Below are positions 12,661-28,009 of a DNA stretch of 64,000 nt, piece by piece. The notes beneath the pieces were generated by a model, which had not been told where the DNA came from, made no database searches, and saw only the letters and a list, made by a program, of their open reading frames with translations. The DNA comes from Eledone cirrhosa. Lineage: Eukaryota. The number at the start of each line of letters is the position of its first letter. Position 1 is the stretch's first letter. The stretch is taken from NCBI GenBank assembly GCA_964016885.1, contig OZ024743.1, positions 147,126,001 through 147,190,000 of the forward strand. The letters are read 5' to 3'. Made by a program: the position numbers and the translations under genes.

Positions 12661-12897
12661 CTAAGGCGGGTAAAATTCCCGAGATCCATGGACGAGTTCT
12701 CTCCAGCGGTCTCTGTCCCTCATTATCGCTGCCATGTCCTGCGTCTCCAATAGACCAGTGTCTGTCCTTAGGGCATCAACATACGTTAACCTTGGTCTTC
12801 CTCTTCTAGTGTGTCCATGTAGGGGCTCCCAAAGGAGCACTGAGTGCAATGTCAACTCTGGATGTCGGTGAGCATGTCCAGCTAACCTCAGTCTCCT
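12661..12897 (-). pseudogene. RTE-type LINE ORF C-terminus
   Basis: RRLRLAGHAHRHPE...LLWEPLHGHTRRGRPRLTYVDALRTDTG...MRDRDRWR; second copy at 27852-27999. Confidence 0.88.
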
Positions 12898-12913
12898 ATA
12901 TATATATATACAG

Positions 12914-12963
<50 letters not shown>

Positions 12964-12966
12964 CAG

Positions 12967-13023
<57 letters not shown>

Positions 13024-13201
13024 ACAATTTAAACATTTTATCTCTTTAAGGATAAAAGCTCTGGTCAGCCAGAAAGACCGAATCCAAATACAAATTAACC
13101 ATTTTTTTACATGCATACATGCATGCCTACGCACATCAATATAATCTTGGACAATGGCGACCCCACCAACCATCCTATAAAAGTTGATGATGATGGTGAT
13201 G

Positions 13202-13237
<36 letters not shown>

Positions 13238-13402
13238 CATCACCATCATCATCAAATTATATATATATACATGTGTGTGTGTGTGTGTGCGTGTGTGTGT
13301 GTGTGCGTGCGTCTGTGTTTGTATAGCAATATATATTCTCGTACACGTACATACAAATACATACAAACAAATACACACTCATATACACACATACAGCTTG
13401 TG

Positions 13403-13439
<37 letters not shown>

Positions 13440-13442
<3 letters not shown>

Positions 13443-13660
13443 TTTTCCTAACGATCGACTTTCGTTAAATCGGACCGAGGAAACAGTGTTTCCATTGGTC
13501 TTTCCAATTGCTAATACTATCTATCGGTCGCAACTCCAGGTAGAAGGAGCAACGTGAAATAAAGTGTCTTGCTCAAGGACATAACGCATCGCCCGGTCCA
13601 GGAATCGAACTTACAACCTCACGATTGCGAATCCAGTTCTCTAACCACTCAGCCACACGC

Positions 13661-13663
<3 letters not shown>
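13440..13663 (-). mobile_element. tRNA-derived SINE family S2
   Basis: A box TGGCTGAGTGG, B box GTTCGATTC, GTCCTTGAGCAAGACACTT; second copy at 40356-40580. Confidence 0.88.
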
Positions 13664-13741
<78 letters not shown>

Positions 13742-13986
13742 TGTGTGTGTGTTTTTGTGTGTGAGTTTTGGACAATGTTTATGAGTGTCTATAATGAAGT
13801 GGTGTGAAAAATAGCTTCTACAAGAATGACAACGGTTATCACCACAATCAACACAACCACCGCCATCAACAGCACAGCCATGACAATAACCCACCATCGC
13901 CATTCCAAGAAACCCACCATCATTTTAATATAGACAGCAGTAGTAAACATCAAGACTTCCCTCCCTCCCTCCCTCACTTCCTATGA

Positions 13987-14985
13987 TACATACACGCAGA
14001 CAAACCCAAACACATGTAAGCCCACACGCACGCACATATATACACGCAGACACACCCAAACACACGGAAGCACACACACGCACGCACATATATACACGCA
14101 GACACACCCAACCACACGTAAGCGCACACACGCACGCACATATATACACGCAGACACACACAAACACACGTAAGCATACACACATGCACGCACATATATA
14201 CACCCAAACACACGTAAGCACACGCACGCACGCACATATATACACGCAGACACACACAAACACACGTAAGCACACACACGCACGCACATATATACACGCA
14301 GACACACCTAAACACACGGAAGCACACACACGCACGCACATATATACACGCAGACACACGCAAACACACGTAAGCACACACACGCACGCACATATATACA
14401 CGCAGACACACCCAAACACACGTAAACACACACACGCACGCACATATATACACGCAGACACACACAAACACACGTAAGCACACGCACGCACGCACATATA
14501 TACACGCAGACACACACAAACACACGTAAGCACACACACGCACGCACATATATACACGCAGACACACCGAAACACACGGAAGCACACACACGCACGCACA
14601 TATATACACGCAGACACACGCAAACACACGTAAGCACACACACGCACGCACATATATACACGCAGACACACACAAACACACGTAAGCACACACACGCACG
14701 CACATATATACACGCAGACACACCCAAACACACGTAAGCACACACACGCACGCACATATATATACACGCAGACACACCCAAACAGACGTAAGCACACGCA
14801 CGCACGCACATATATACACGCAGACACACACAAACACACGTAAGCACACGCACGCACGCACATATATACACGCAGACACACCCAAACACACGTAAGCACA
14901 CGCACGCACGCACATATATACACGCAGACACACCCAAACACACGTAAGCACACGCACGCACGCACATATATACACGCAGACACAC
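13987..14985. repeat. 52-bp minisatellite, about 19 units
   Basis: Unit CACATATATACACGCAGACACACCCAAACACACGTAAGCACACACACGCACG. Confidence 0.95.
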
Positions 14986-15259
14986 TATCATTACCACCTC
15001 CCTTATCACAAACAGCAGCAGTACCACTACAATTACTGCCAGGTTAAATATACAGTAGCAGTAAATATCATCATCAGTCTCCTTTAACTTCACCAACATC
15101 AAACCCCACACTCTCTCCTCCATCGCCACCACCACCAATAACACCACCACCACCACCACCATCACCAACACCACCACCACCATCAAAAATATTCCCACCA
15201 GAGTCCTCACGAAGGCCAAAAAAAAAAAAAAAATATCCACATATATATATCTATATCTA

Positions 15260-15296
<37 letters not shown>

Positions 15297-15300
<4 letters not shown>

Positions 15301-15483
15301 AACCAGTAAGACCCCGACAGCTGAGCTCAAGCCGTTTCGACGGCTAATTCTGGAATTAGCCGTCGAAACGGCTTGAGCTCAGCTGTCGGGGTCTTACTGG
15401 TTCCTATTACCCACTCTACTACCTCAAGTATTGAGTACTTTGGTGCGTTATGGTCCACCTGGTTCCTTACCACATTTCCTTCG

Positions 15484-15486
<3 letters not shown>
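15297..15486 (+). mobile_element. family A fold-back element (110-bp palindrome plus 80-bp tail) in (TA)n
   Basis: Perfect arms 15297-15350 and 15353-15406 carrying the 3' half of the HHR. Confidence 0.85.
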
Positions 15487-15553
<67 letters not shown>

Positions 15554-15720
15554 GATATATAATATATATATATATATATATAGATATATAATATATATAT
15601 ATAAATATATATATATTATATATATAGATATAGATATATATATGTGGATATTTTATATATATAATATATATATATATATATAGATATATAATATATATTA
15701 TATATATATTATATTATTAT

Positions 15721-15771
<51 letters not shown>

Positions 15772-15822
15772 CACATTTATATACATATATATATATATAT
15801 ATAATACATATATATATCTATA

Positions 15823-15863
<41 letters not shown>

Positions 15864-15926
15864 ATATATATTTATATATATATATATATATATATCTCGC
15901 TCTTTCTCTCTCTTTCTCTCTCTGTC

Positions 15927-15985
<59 letters not shown>

Positions 15986-15989
15986 TTAT

Positions 15990-16049
<60 letters not shown>

Positions 16050-16086
16050 TTATACACACACACACACACACATACACACACACACA

Positions 16087-16129
<43 letters not shown>

Positions 16130-16130
16130 T

Positions 16131-16203
<73 letters not shown>

Positions 16204-16204
16204 T

Positions 16205-16250
<46 letters not shown>

Positions 16251-16683
16251 ATCACCAGCATCACAACCAACCAACTAACACAATCACAATCACACATTCG
16301 CAAATATCGCAACACAAGCCACAACCAGCATCACAACCAGTTCCACCACCAGCATCATCATCAACAGCATCATTACTATGACTAACATCATCATCAGTAC
16401 CATCATCTAAATCACTACACAACCTTCACTATCACTAACAACATAAACCACAACATTAAGATACTCTGCTGCACCACCGCCGCACTCACCAACATTACTA
16501 ACAATGTCGGAACCATAAATTGTTCAAGTATAGCATAAAATCACCCATATATTTAACGCCTGTATAATTCCAGCCTTGAACACATCTGTGTATGTCAGAA
16601 TGAATGTATACGTATGTGTATATGTAAGTAAATATGCGCCCACACACACACACACACACACGCACGCACATAAACACACACAC

Positions 16684-16716
<33 letters not shown>

Positions 16717-16776
16717 TAAACACACACATATATATACACACACACACACACTATATATATATATATATGTACACAC

Positions 16777-16816
<40 letters not shown>

Positions 16817-16819
<3 letters not shown>

Positions 16820-16977
16820 GAAGGAGCTTCTACAGCATTGAGCTTCCTGAAGATTTCATCTGAATGAAACAGTACTAGTCCTGTAGAAGCTCCTTCTATA
16901 AAATAAAAAAATTTTACTCTGCCATCTATTGAGTACCTTACTTACTGTGGTTATCCCCGACTCAACCCGGGACCTAC

Positions 16978-16980
<3 letters not shown>
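16817..16980 (+). mobile_element. family B mini-element with complete type I hammerhead (16840-16892)
   Basis: GAGCUUC-CUGAAGA-U UUC AUCU GAA U-GAAA-CAG UACUAGUC CUG-UA-GAAGCUC; 19-bp inverted 5' arm. Confidence 0.85.
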
Positions 16981-17029
<49 letters not shown>

Positions 17030-17030
17030 T

Positions 17031-17155
17031 TACGATCTGAGTTCAAATCCCGCCGAGGTTGACTTTGCCTTTCATCCTTACGGGGTCGATAAAATAAAGT
17101 ACCAGTAATGCACTGGATAATTTGCTGGCCTTGTGCCAAAAAGTAGAAACAATTA
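17031..17155 (+). mobile_element. 5'-truncated SINE S1
   Basis: Matches the 3' two thirds of S1. Confidence 0.9.
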
Positions 17156-17167
17156 TATATATATATA

Positions 17168-17229
<62 letters not shown>

Positions 17230-17277
17230 TATTTTTGTGCATATATATATTTATTTATATATATGTATGTGTATAAG

Positions 17278-17326
<49 letters not shown>

Positions 17327-18013
17327 ATATATCTATATATCTATATCTATATCTATATATATCTATATATATCTATATATTTATAAAAATAGATAAAGAT
17401 ATATACATATATATATATATATACACACACATATTACACACACACGCACACACACACACACACATATATATATAGAGATATATATGTATGTATGTGTGTG
17501 TGTAGATGTGTGTTTGCGTATGAAATCTCTGTGTGTATAAGGTATGTAAGTGTAAATATTTTAAATGTGGTTATGTATGAGGTGTGTATATTCAAGTATA
17601 TGTAAGCAGGTGTGTTAAGTATATAACGATACGCATGGGTTTGATGCAGCTACGTCAGGAACATTTTCCAAACTGGCACTGTGGCCGAAGATTGCGGGTA
17701 AACCAATTCTTTTGTCCGGAAAATGTGTATATGTGTATATATGTCTGTGCGTGTGAGTATGTATATGTGTATATATTTATTATAGTCTAGTGGGTGTGAA
17801 TGAATTTCACTAATCTGTAGATGTATGCATCACATGTGTGTGTGAGCGCGTGTGTACATGTATGTGTACATATATGTGTACATGTATGTGTACATGTATG
17901 TGTACATGTATTTGTACTAGTATGTATGTCTGCAGATAATACATATAAGTATTGCACATCGTTTTAGTATTACGTATGAATGATTTGTGGAAGGGTGGAG
18001 GTGTGTACAAAAG

Positions 18014-18075
<62 letters not shown>

Positions 18076-18132
18076 TCTGTCTATTTAACTAGCTCCTTAT
18101 CTATATATCTATCTATCTACTATCTGTCTATC

Positions 18133-18171
<39 letters not shown>

Positions 18172-18285
18172 ATATATATATATTTATATATATGAACATA
18201 TATATATATATATATAGGTATGTATATATATATGTATATATATATGTGTATATATATAGATAGATAGATATGTGCGTCTGTGTAT

Positions 18286-18360
<75 letters not shown>

Positions 18361-18445
18361 AGTGTGCGTGTATGTATAAATATATATATATATAAACACA
18401 TATAAATATATATATACATACATATATATACAAATATATATCTAT

Positions 18446-18576
18446 AAGTATGACCCCGACGGCAGAGCTCTGCCGTCGGGGTCATACTTTTTCCTATTAC
18501 CCACTCTACTACCCTAAGTATTGAGTACTCTGGTGCGTTATGGTCCATTTGGTACCTTACCACATTTCCTTCGTTA
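18446..18576 (+). mobile_element. family A fold-back element
   Basis: 44-bp perfect palindrome centred on GAGCTC, followed by the same tail as 15407-15486. Confidence 0.85.
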
Positions 18577-18632
18577 TATATATATATATATAGATATATA
18601 TTTGTATATATAAGTATGTATATATATATATT

Positions 18633-18704
<72 letters not shown>

Positions 18705-18737
18705 AATACACGCACATACACATATACACACATACAG

Positions 18738-18774
<37 letters not shown>

Positions 18775-19028
18775 CAAATATATATTCCTTGTGTAAATCA
18801 TATTTAGACTATAAAGATACATTCTCTACTAAATATATTTTTCAACTCTTACATTCATAAATATAAGTACACAATATCTACTATTGAATAATATTCATAT
18901 ATATATAATATGATTAACATGGCCTGCTCATAAATCGAACTCAGAATATGTTTGTGTAACTGGGTATATTTCGTACGTGCCACCGGGAGATTGCGGGTAT
19001 TGTTCACATATCTATAACTATATATCTG

Positions 19029-19390
<362 letters not shown>

Positions 19391-19476
19391 ATATATATTT
19401 ATATAGATATTTATATACTCATATTTTTGTGTGCATAATCATTGTTTTAAAATATAGTCACAATATCAATTCATTT

Positions 19477-19515
<39 letters not shown>

Positions 19516-20843
19516 ATATATAGTAGATATATATATATAGATATATAGATATACTCATATTTTTGTGTGCATAATCCTTGTTTTAAAATATAGTCACAAT
19601 ATCAATTCATTTCTTAAGTTAAGAATTATATATTTACTACAAGAATGGGCAATCGACCTTACCAAAACTTTCTCAGCACTTCCTACTAAACTTAAACCAT
19701 AATAAGGAAGCAAATATAATATTGAGGATATATACATGCATACAGACATACATGCATACATACATATTAAATACATACATATTATATACATACATACATA
19801 TATGAATACATACATGTATACATACATATTACATACATATACATACATATACATACATATATGAATTCATAAATACATACACGCAAATATAACATGCATA
19901 CATGTATACATGTATACAAACATACATATATACATACATATAAACATTCATACATATTTACATGCATACATACATACACGCATACTTACATATATATACA
20001 TCTCCACAAACACACACACAGAAACGCACACATACACGTATACATATAAATATATAGTTTTATTTATTAATGCCAATGTATTTATATCTGACAAAATAAA
20101 TATTTAAATATAATATATATATTTATATATATTTATATTTGTCCATACTTTTGTATATGCCTGCAAGAGGTTCGATGGCTGGTCTTATGATTATATGTTG
20201 TGTGTTATATTCCTGGACATTGTTCATACAGCTAAAAATCAGTACAAACATCAGTAGGGGATTAAAACTACTATCGACTGGCGTCCTCTCCAGGGGCACT
20301 CTTTGTATTCTCAGTAGCCTAAAACTAATAAAACCAGGATATGCTCAAGCCCGATGCATTTTTCAGTTTGGAGAAGGCTTTAAACATTTATACATAAACA
20401 CACTCAGACACACACACACTCTCTCTCTCACACACACACAAACACACACACATACAAATACAAACACGCACACACATATATATATATGTTTTGCTTGTTT
20501 TATACATACACACATATCTTTGTGTGTATGCAATATATGACTATATAAAATGATAATTATAAGTGAATATGCGTATAATATATATATATAATGATATATA
20601 TTATTTGTGTTCATCCATTAACTATAGGTTTCACGACATATATATGAATTATCCTCGTTTAGATGGTTTCAGGCAACGTTCACCTTGTCTGTTTATTACG
20701 TAGATACCAGTGTCCGAGGGAATGTGATATAACTAAAAGATAGATTACAATCTAATGAAGAAATGAATAAATACCTTAGACAACTGCTAAAATATCATGT
20801 TCAACTGAAATGATGTTATACATTATATATACATTAGCCTAAA

Positions 20844-21668
<825 letters not shown>

Positions 21669-21872
21669 GTGTAAACACAGATTTGAAGATATATATTTTG
21701 AAATGTACTGTAGAAGGGAAAAATAGTGTGAATAAGTATTAAAAAACGGTGTCGTCGAGTTGCGCATTTTTGACAGTAAAAGTTTACCTAAATCTCGGAT
21801 ACGTACCGTGACTTATCCGAACAGATTGAGTTAGTGTCCGAAATTTAAAAACATTATCGATAGGAAATGTAT

Positions 21873-21910
<38 letters not shown>

Positions 21911-21924
21911 TATGTAATACATTT

Positions 21925-21960
<36 letters not shown>

Positions 21961-21964
<4 letters not shown>

Positions 21965-22072
21965 TGAAACAGTTCTAGTCCTGTAGAATCTCATCTATAT
22001 TAAAACTTTATACTCTGCAATGTATTGAGTACCTTATTTACTGTGGTTACCTCCGATTCAACCCGGAATAAC

Positions 22073-22075
<3 letters not shown>
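21961..22075 (+). mobile_element. family B copy truncated inside the hammerhead
   Basis: TGAATGAAACAGTTCTAGTCCTGTAGAATC plus family B tail. Confidence 0.8.
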
Positions 22076-22169
<94 letters not shown>

Positions 22170-22179
22170 GTATATATAT

Positions 22180-22211
<32 letters not shown>

Positions 22212-22226
22212 TACCATATATATATG

Positions 22227-22261
<35 letters not shown>

Positions 22262-22410
22262 TAATACATGTATAAATGTATAAATGTATATACAATTATA
22301 AATATATCTATATATACAGATTGTTAAACCTACACATATGTATATTTATCTATCTAACTAATTATATGGATATATAAACACACATACACAGACACACACA
22401 CACACATATG

Positions 22411-22466
<56 letters not shown>

Positions 22467-22570
22467 CATATATACACACTTATATATATACATATATATA
22501 TATTTATATATACATATACATATGTATATTTTTATATATATATATATACACATTGATATATATACACCTG

Positions 22571-22628
<58 letters not shown>

Positions 22629-22780
22629 GGGATCAAGCTGTCTACGTTGGTCCTTTATATCTAATGGTGATAAGGGAAGGCGTATAACAGGACCGAGAAA
22701 CCTTCTAAAAATAAGTTTAAAGGCAGGTTTGTGCAATTACATAACTAAAGAGACATGTCTTAAAGTTTATATATGTGTAT

Positions 22781-22866
<86 letters not shown>

Positions 22867-22885
22867 TTATACATATATGCATATA

Positions 22886-22923
<38 letters not shown>

Positions 22924-23011
22924 ATTGTATCATATATATACATATATAAAATATATATACAAATATATTATATATACGTATATATATATATGTTTACATA
23001 CATATCCGTTT

Positions 23012-23129
<118 letters not shown>

Positions 23130-23208
23130 ATATACATATATATATTTATATATGTATGTATATACATATATATACATATATAAATATATATATGTATATA
23201 TATGTATA

Positions 23209-23247
<39 letters not shown>

Positions 23248-23251
<4 letters not shown>

Positions 23252-23326
23252 GTCGATGCACAATGAAAAATATATGTATGTATATACATATATATATGTA
23301 TATATATATATATAGTAATGTAAGTA

Positions 23327-23368
<42 letters not shown>

Positions 23369-23450
23369 TACTTACATTACTATAATTTATATATATATAC
23401 ATATATATATGTATATATATACATATATTTTTCATTGTGCATCGACCTGT
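23248..23450. repeat. about 200-bp palindrome centred on (TA)n
   Basis: ACAGGTCGATGCACAATGAAAAATATATG...TAGTAATGTAAGTATGTC(TA)n mirrored. Confidence 0.9.
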
Positions 23451-23593
23451 TACACAATCGACTGACTGAGGAGAATTTTTGTTCATGATGTCTCTGGAAG
23501 CATCCTGAGCCAATCCTCTATGAAACGCGCGTCGGAGGTGGATAGACGATAAAGAACTAATTTTATGTACACGGAATTTCATCGGTTTCATAA

Positions 23594-23657
<64 letters not shown>

Positions 23658-23712
23658 TGTGTGTGTACATATATCAATGAGATTGATAAATGGAAGCTAT
23701 CTTTATAAAACC

Positions 23713-23882
23713 ATATTTATTTTATTATATATATTTCAAGGTTTTGCCTTCATCCTTACGGGGTCGATAAAATAAAGTACCAGTAATACACTGGGTATTT
23801 GCTGGCCTGGTGCCTAAAGTAGAAAAAATTATATATATTTCAAGGGTACCAAGATGTTGGTAGGCCCTCATCAGATAAAATA
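23713..23882 (-). ncRNA. minimal hammerhead (family I) split by a SINE S1 insertion
   Basis: 18-bp TSD at 23724-23741 and 23828-23845; removing the SINE restores UAUUUUAU-CUGAUGA-stem-GAAAUAUAUAUA-AUAAAAUA. Confidence 0.75.
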
Positions 23883-23961
23883 CAAAACTTGTTTTATAAA
23901 TATTGACATATCCAACAAATTAAATATCTCTTTGCTTATATGTACATATATATATATATAT

Positions 23962-24084
23962 ATATGAATAAAATTTGTCATTCATCATTGATCTTCCAGG
24001 CTTCATTGGTATTTTTTCGCTTAAAGCGAAGAAATACCAATGAAGGCTGGAAGATCACTGATGAAGGACTAATTTTATCCATAT
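23962..24084. repeat. imperfect 120-bp hairpin between (TA)n and (CA)n
   Basis: GATCTTCCAGGCTTCATTGGTATTTTTTCGCTT / AAGCGAAGAAATACCAATGAAGGCTGGAAGATC. Confidence 0.9.
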
Positions 24085-24116
24085 GCAACCCATGTGCAAC
24101 CACGCAGCACGCCATT

Positions 24117-24206
<90 letters not shown>

Positions 24207-24450
24207 TTATACATGGAACTGAATGCATGTGTATGATTCTTTACGTATGTATATATATATATATATATATACATGGATATATATATGTATTTATATATAG
24301 ACATATATACATCTATAAACACACGCACTCATATATATATATATACATATATACACAGTTCAAGAGTAACCATTATGTTGACAATCTTTTAATAATGTCA
24401 TCCTTGTGAAATTTGTGGTCTTGTTTTGCTTAACTAGTGAATATACACAT

Positions 24451-24579
<129 letters not shown>

Positions 24580-24582
24580 AAT

Positions 24583-24687
<105 letters not shown>

Positions 24688-24690
24688 AAT

Positions 24691-24770
<80 letters not shown>

Positions 24771-25200
24771 TTCCACGTATATAAGTCATCATCATCTTCA
24801 TCCTCATTTAACGTGTGTGTAAATGATGATAATATTCATGATTATACATAGAAATACATACAATTCGACCAATGCTTTGTGAATTGGCCATAATATATGC
24901 ATATATATATATATATACACACACACATACACACATACATGTATATATATATATATGTATATTTACACATGCATTCATAAGATAAGTGCATATATACGCA
25001 ATATTTATGCATACACACAACACACATATATATGAAAGAGACAACGTACACTCTCTACGTAACTTAGCTTACCTAACACCACTAGGTTTATTTCGTTTCT
25101 ATGCAGAGAAACTCATTCAGACACACACACGCATATATATTAATATAAACACATACACACACACACATACACACACAAACACACATATATATATATATAT

Positions 25201-25298
<98 letters not shown>

Positions 25299-25315
25299 TC
25301 ACACATACACACACT

Positions 25316-25347
<32 letters not shown>

Positions 25348-25466
25348 GCCACACACACACACATATATATATTATATGTATGTTACAGAAATAACAACAC
25401 AATCAGTATAGTATATGGATATGGAAGGGATATATTAGGTTAACGCTTGAAATAGCAGGAAGAGGG

Positions 25467-25502
25467 TCTCAACGTTTCGGACGCTAGTCCTTCACCAGAA
25501 GA
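25467..25502 (-). ncRNA. minimal hammerhead, probably decayed (A6G)
   Basis: UCUU-CUGGUGA-A-GGAC UAGC GUCC-GAAACGUU-GAGA. Confidence 0.6.
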
Positions 25503-25612
25503 AAGAATGAGAAATAAAATAGACTGAGGGGACAGGCGGGATGGAATTGGAAAAAAATGTTTTTACATAAAAAGAACAAGTCCATTCATTTTGACATCTC
25601 TTGCAAACTGTT

Positions 25613-25675
<63 letters not shown>

Positions 25676-25764
25676 GTAATAAAAATAAATTTGAAGACTA
25701 AAATCCAAAGAGGGTTGATAAGGATAAATTTATATTAAATACACACACATACACACACACACAT

Positions 25765-25813
<49 letters not shown>

Positions 25814-25913
25814 TATGTATATATACATATATATATATACATATATATATATAGATATATATATAAATAAATATATGTATATACATATATATATATATAT
25901 ATATCTATATATC

Positions 25914-26019
<106 letters not shown>

Positions 26020-26208
26020 CACATATGTCTGCGAATGTGTGTGCATGTATGTGATTATATGTGTATGCATTTGTGAAGAATAATGCGTCGGTATTACTTA
26101 ACGTGACCAACTAAACAAACGTCATTTTGTGACACTTTTGTGAACAGTATTCTAATAAATATTGCCCGTACAGGTAGGCCAAGTCTGTATATACTTTTTG
26201 GGGACAGC

Positions 26209-26294
<86 letters not shown>

Positions 26295-26357
26295 TTGTGT
26301 GTATATTTGTGTGTACATATATATATAATACACATACACACATACGCACAGATATGT

Positions 26358-26404
<47 letters not shown>

Positions 26405-26514
26405 AAAATCTATCTATCTATATATATATACATATATATACGTATATATATATAAGGGTCGTGCCATAGCATGGCCTCAGCCGGATGGCTGAAACAGGTA
26501 AAAGCGTAAAAGAG

Positions 26515-26563
<49 letters not shown>

Positions 26564-26718
26564 TATACATATATATATATACCCATATCTATATATATGC
26601 ATATATATATATATATACACACATACACATATACCAACACACACACATATATATATTTATACATATATGTGTGTATGTATATATATATGTCCGTATATAT
26701 ATAAATATATACAATGTT

Positions 26719-26750
<32 letters not shown>

Positions 26751-27097
26751 TACAATGTATACACTCATACACACACACACACACACACAGAGACACACAT
26801 ATCTATATAAATAAATATATATATGCATACATGTATACATACTTATATACATACCTATATACCTATATAAGTACGAACATACACTTGTAAATATTTCCGT
26901 ACACAAATTTATATATACATGGTGGCACAAAAAAAAAAAAAACACAAAAACCCGCAACCTCAAAAAGACGCGAATATATGCAACTAAACATGTATATATA
27001 GACGTTTAGTTAAAACATGTATTTGAACATATTCATGTACATATATTTGATCATAAATATAGTAATCTTATGAACAATCACACACATACACACCCAA

Positions 27098-27181
<84 letters not shown>

Positions 27182-27262
27182 AAAGTTTACAGAAAAAATT
27201 TTTTTGGAGTATTTGATATTATTCAAAATATTAATAAATGAAAAATATTCTCATAACCAAAA

Positions 27263-27332
27263 TATATATTTTATTATACATATTTCGAAGGTACAATGGT
27301 GTTTCAGTACGTTTTCATCAGATAAAATATAT
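27263..27332 (-). ncRNA. minimal hammerhead (family I)
   Basis: 11-bp stem I AUAUAUUUUAU/AUAAAAUAUAU, CUGAUGA, imperfect stem II with GUAC/GUAC, GAAAUAUGUAUA. Confidence 0.7.
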
Positions 27333-27344
27333 GAGAGATTGGAT

Positions 27345-27480
27345 ATGCGATATACCGCTATAAAATATATGACATATATAAAATATATGCGACATACTGC
27401 TATAAAATATATGACATATATAAAATATATGCGACATACCGCTATAAAATATATGAGAAATTGGATATGCGACATACCGG
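27345..27480. repeat. 42-bp tandem repeat, about 3 units
   Basis: ATATGCGACATACCGCTATAAAATATATGACATATATAAAAT. Confidence 0.8.
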
Positions 27481-27496
27481 TTTTGATTATTCAATT

Positions 27497-27557
<61 letters not shown>

Positions 27558-27559
<2 letters not shown>

Positions 27560-27800
27560 AGGCGAGTAGCCAAGTGGTAAGGGTGTTGGACTTACGATCA
27601 TAATGTCCCGGTATCTAATCCTGGGTTGCGGGTTGTGTTCTTGAGCAAAACACTTCATTATACGTTGCTCCAGTATACTCTGCTGAAAATCAGTACCAAC
27701 AATAGCTGGGGCTTTAACGCCTCGGGCAAGTCTTGTACTCTCAGTTGCTCCATGAAACCGAGATAAGCACCGGCCAAATGAGCCTTCTGGCTTAAACAGA
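27558..27800 (+). mobile_element. SINE with S2/S3-like tRNA head
   Basis: TAGCCAAGTGGTAAG A box; GTGTTCTTGAGCAAAACACTT. Confidence 0.6.
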
Positions 27801-27851
27801 CTTTATATATATATATACGGACTTTATATATATACGGACATATATATACAT

Positions 27852-27999
27852 ACACACTGGAAGACCAAGGTTAACGTATGTTGATGCCCTAAGGACAGAC
27901 ACTGGTCTGTTGGAGACGCAGGACATGGCAGCGATAATGAGGGACAGAGACCGCTGGGGAGAACTCGTACATGGATCTCGGGATTTTTACCCACCCTAG
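27852..27999 (+). pseudogene. RTE LINE 3' fragment
   Basis: Near-identical to the reverse complement of 12661-12810. Confidence 0.88.
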
Positions 28000-28009
28000 A
28001 GAAAAAATA

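Noticed and set aside
13580-13663. Functional tRNA gene
   Set aside because: SINE head: no proper acceptor stem, and it continues into a repeated body
13925-15330. Long 330-350 aa Cys/Val-rich ORFs
   Set aside because: Products of the 52-bp minisatellite, open in several frames
23460-23545. GAAACGCGCGTC hammerhead-like 3' half
   Set aside because: No convincing CUGANGA core or stem I partner in register
24055-24090. CTGATGAAGGA...TCC as a hammerhead
   Set aside because: No GAAA after the stem in either arm of the hairpin
25080-25122. Minus-strand CUGAAUGA-GUUUCU/AGAAAC-GAAA
   Set aside because: Extra core base, and no stem III or stem I pairing; at best a remnant
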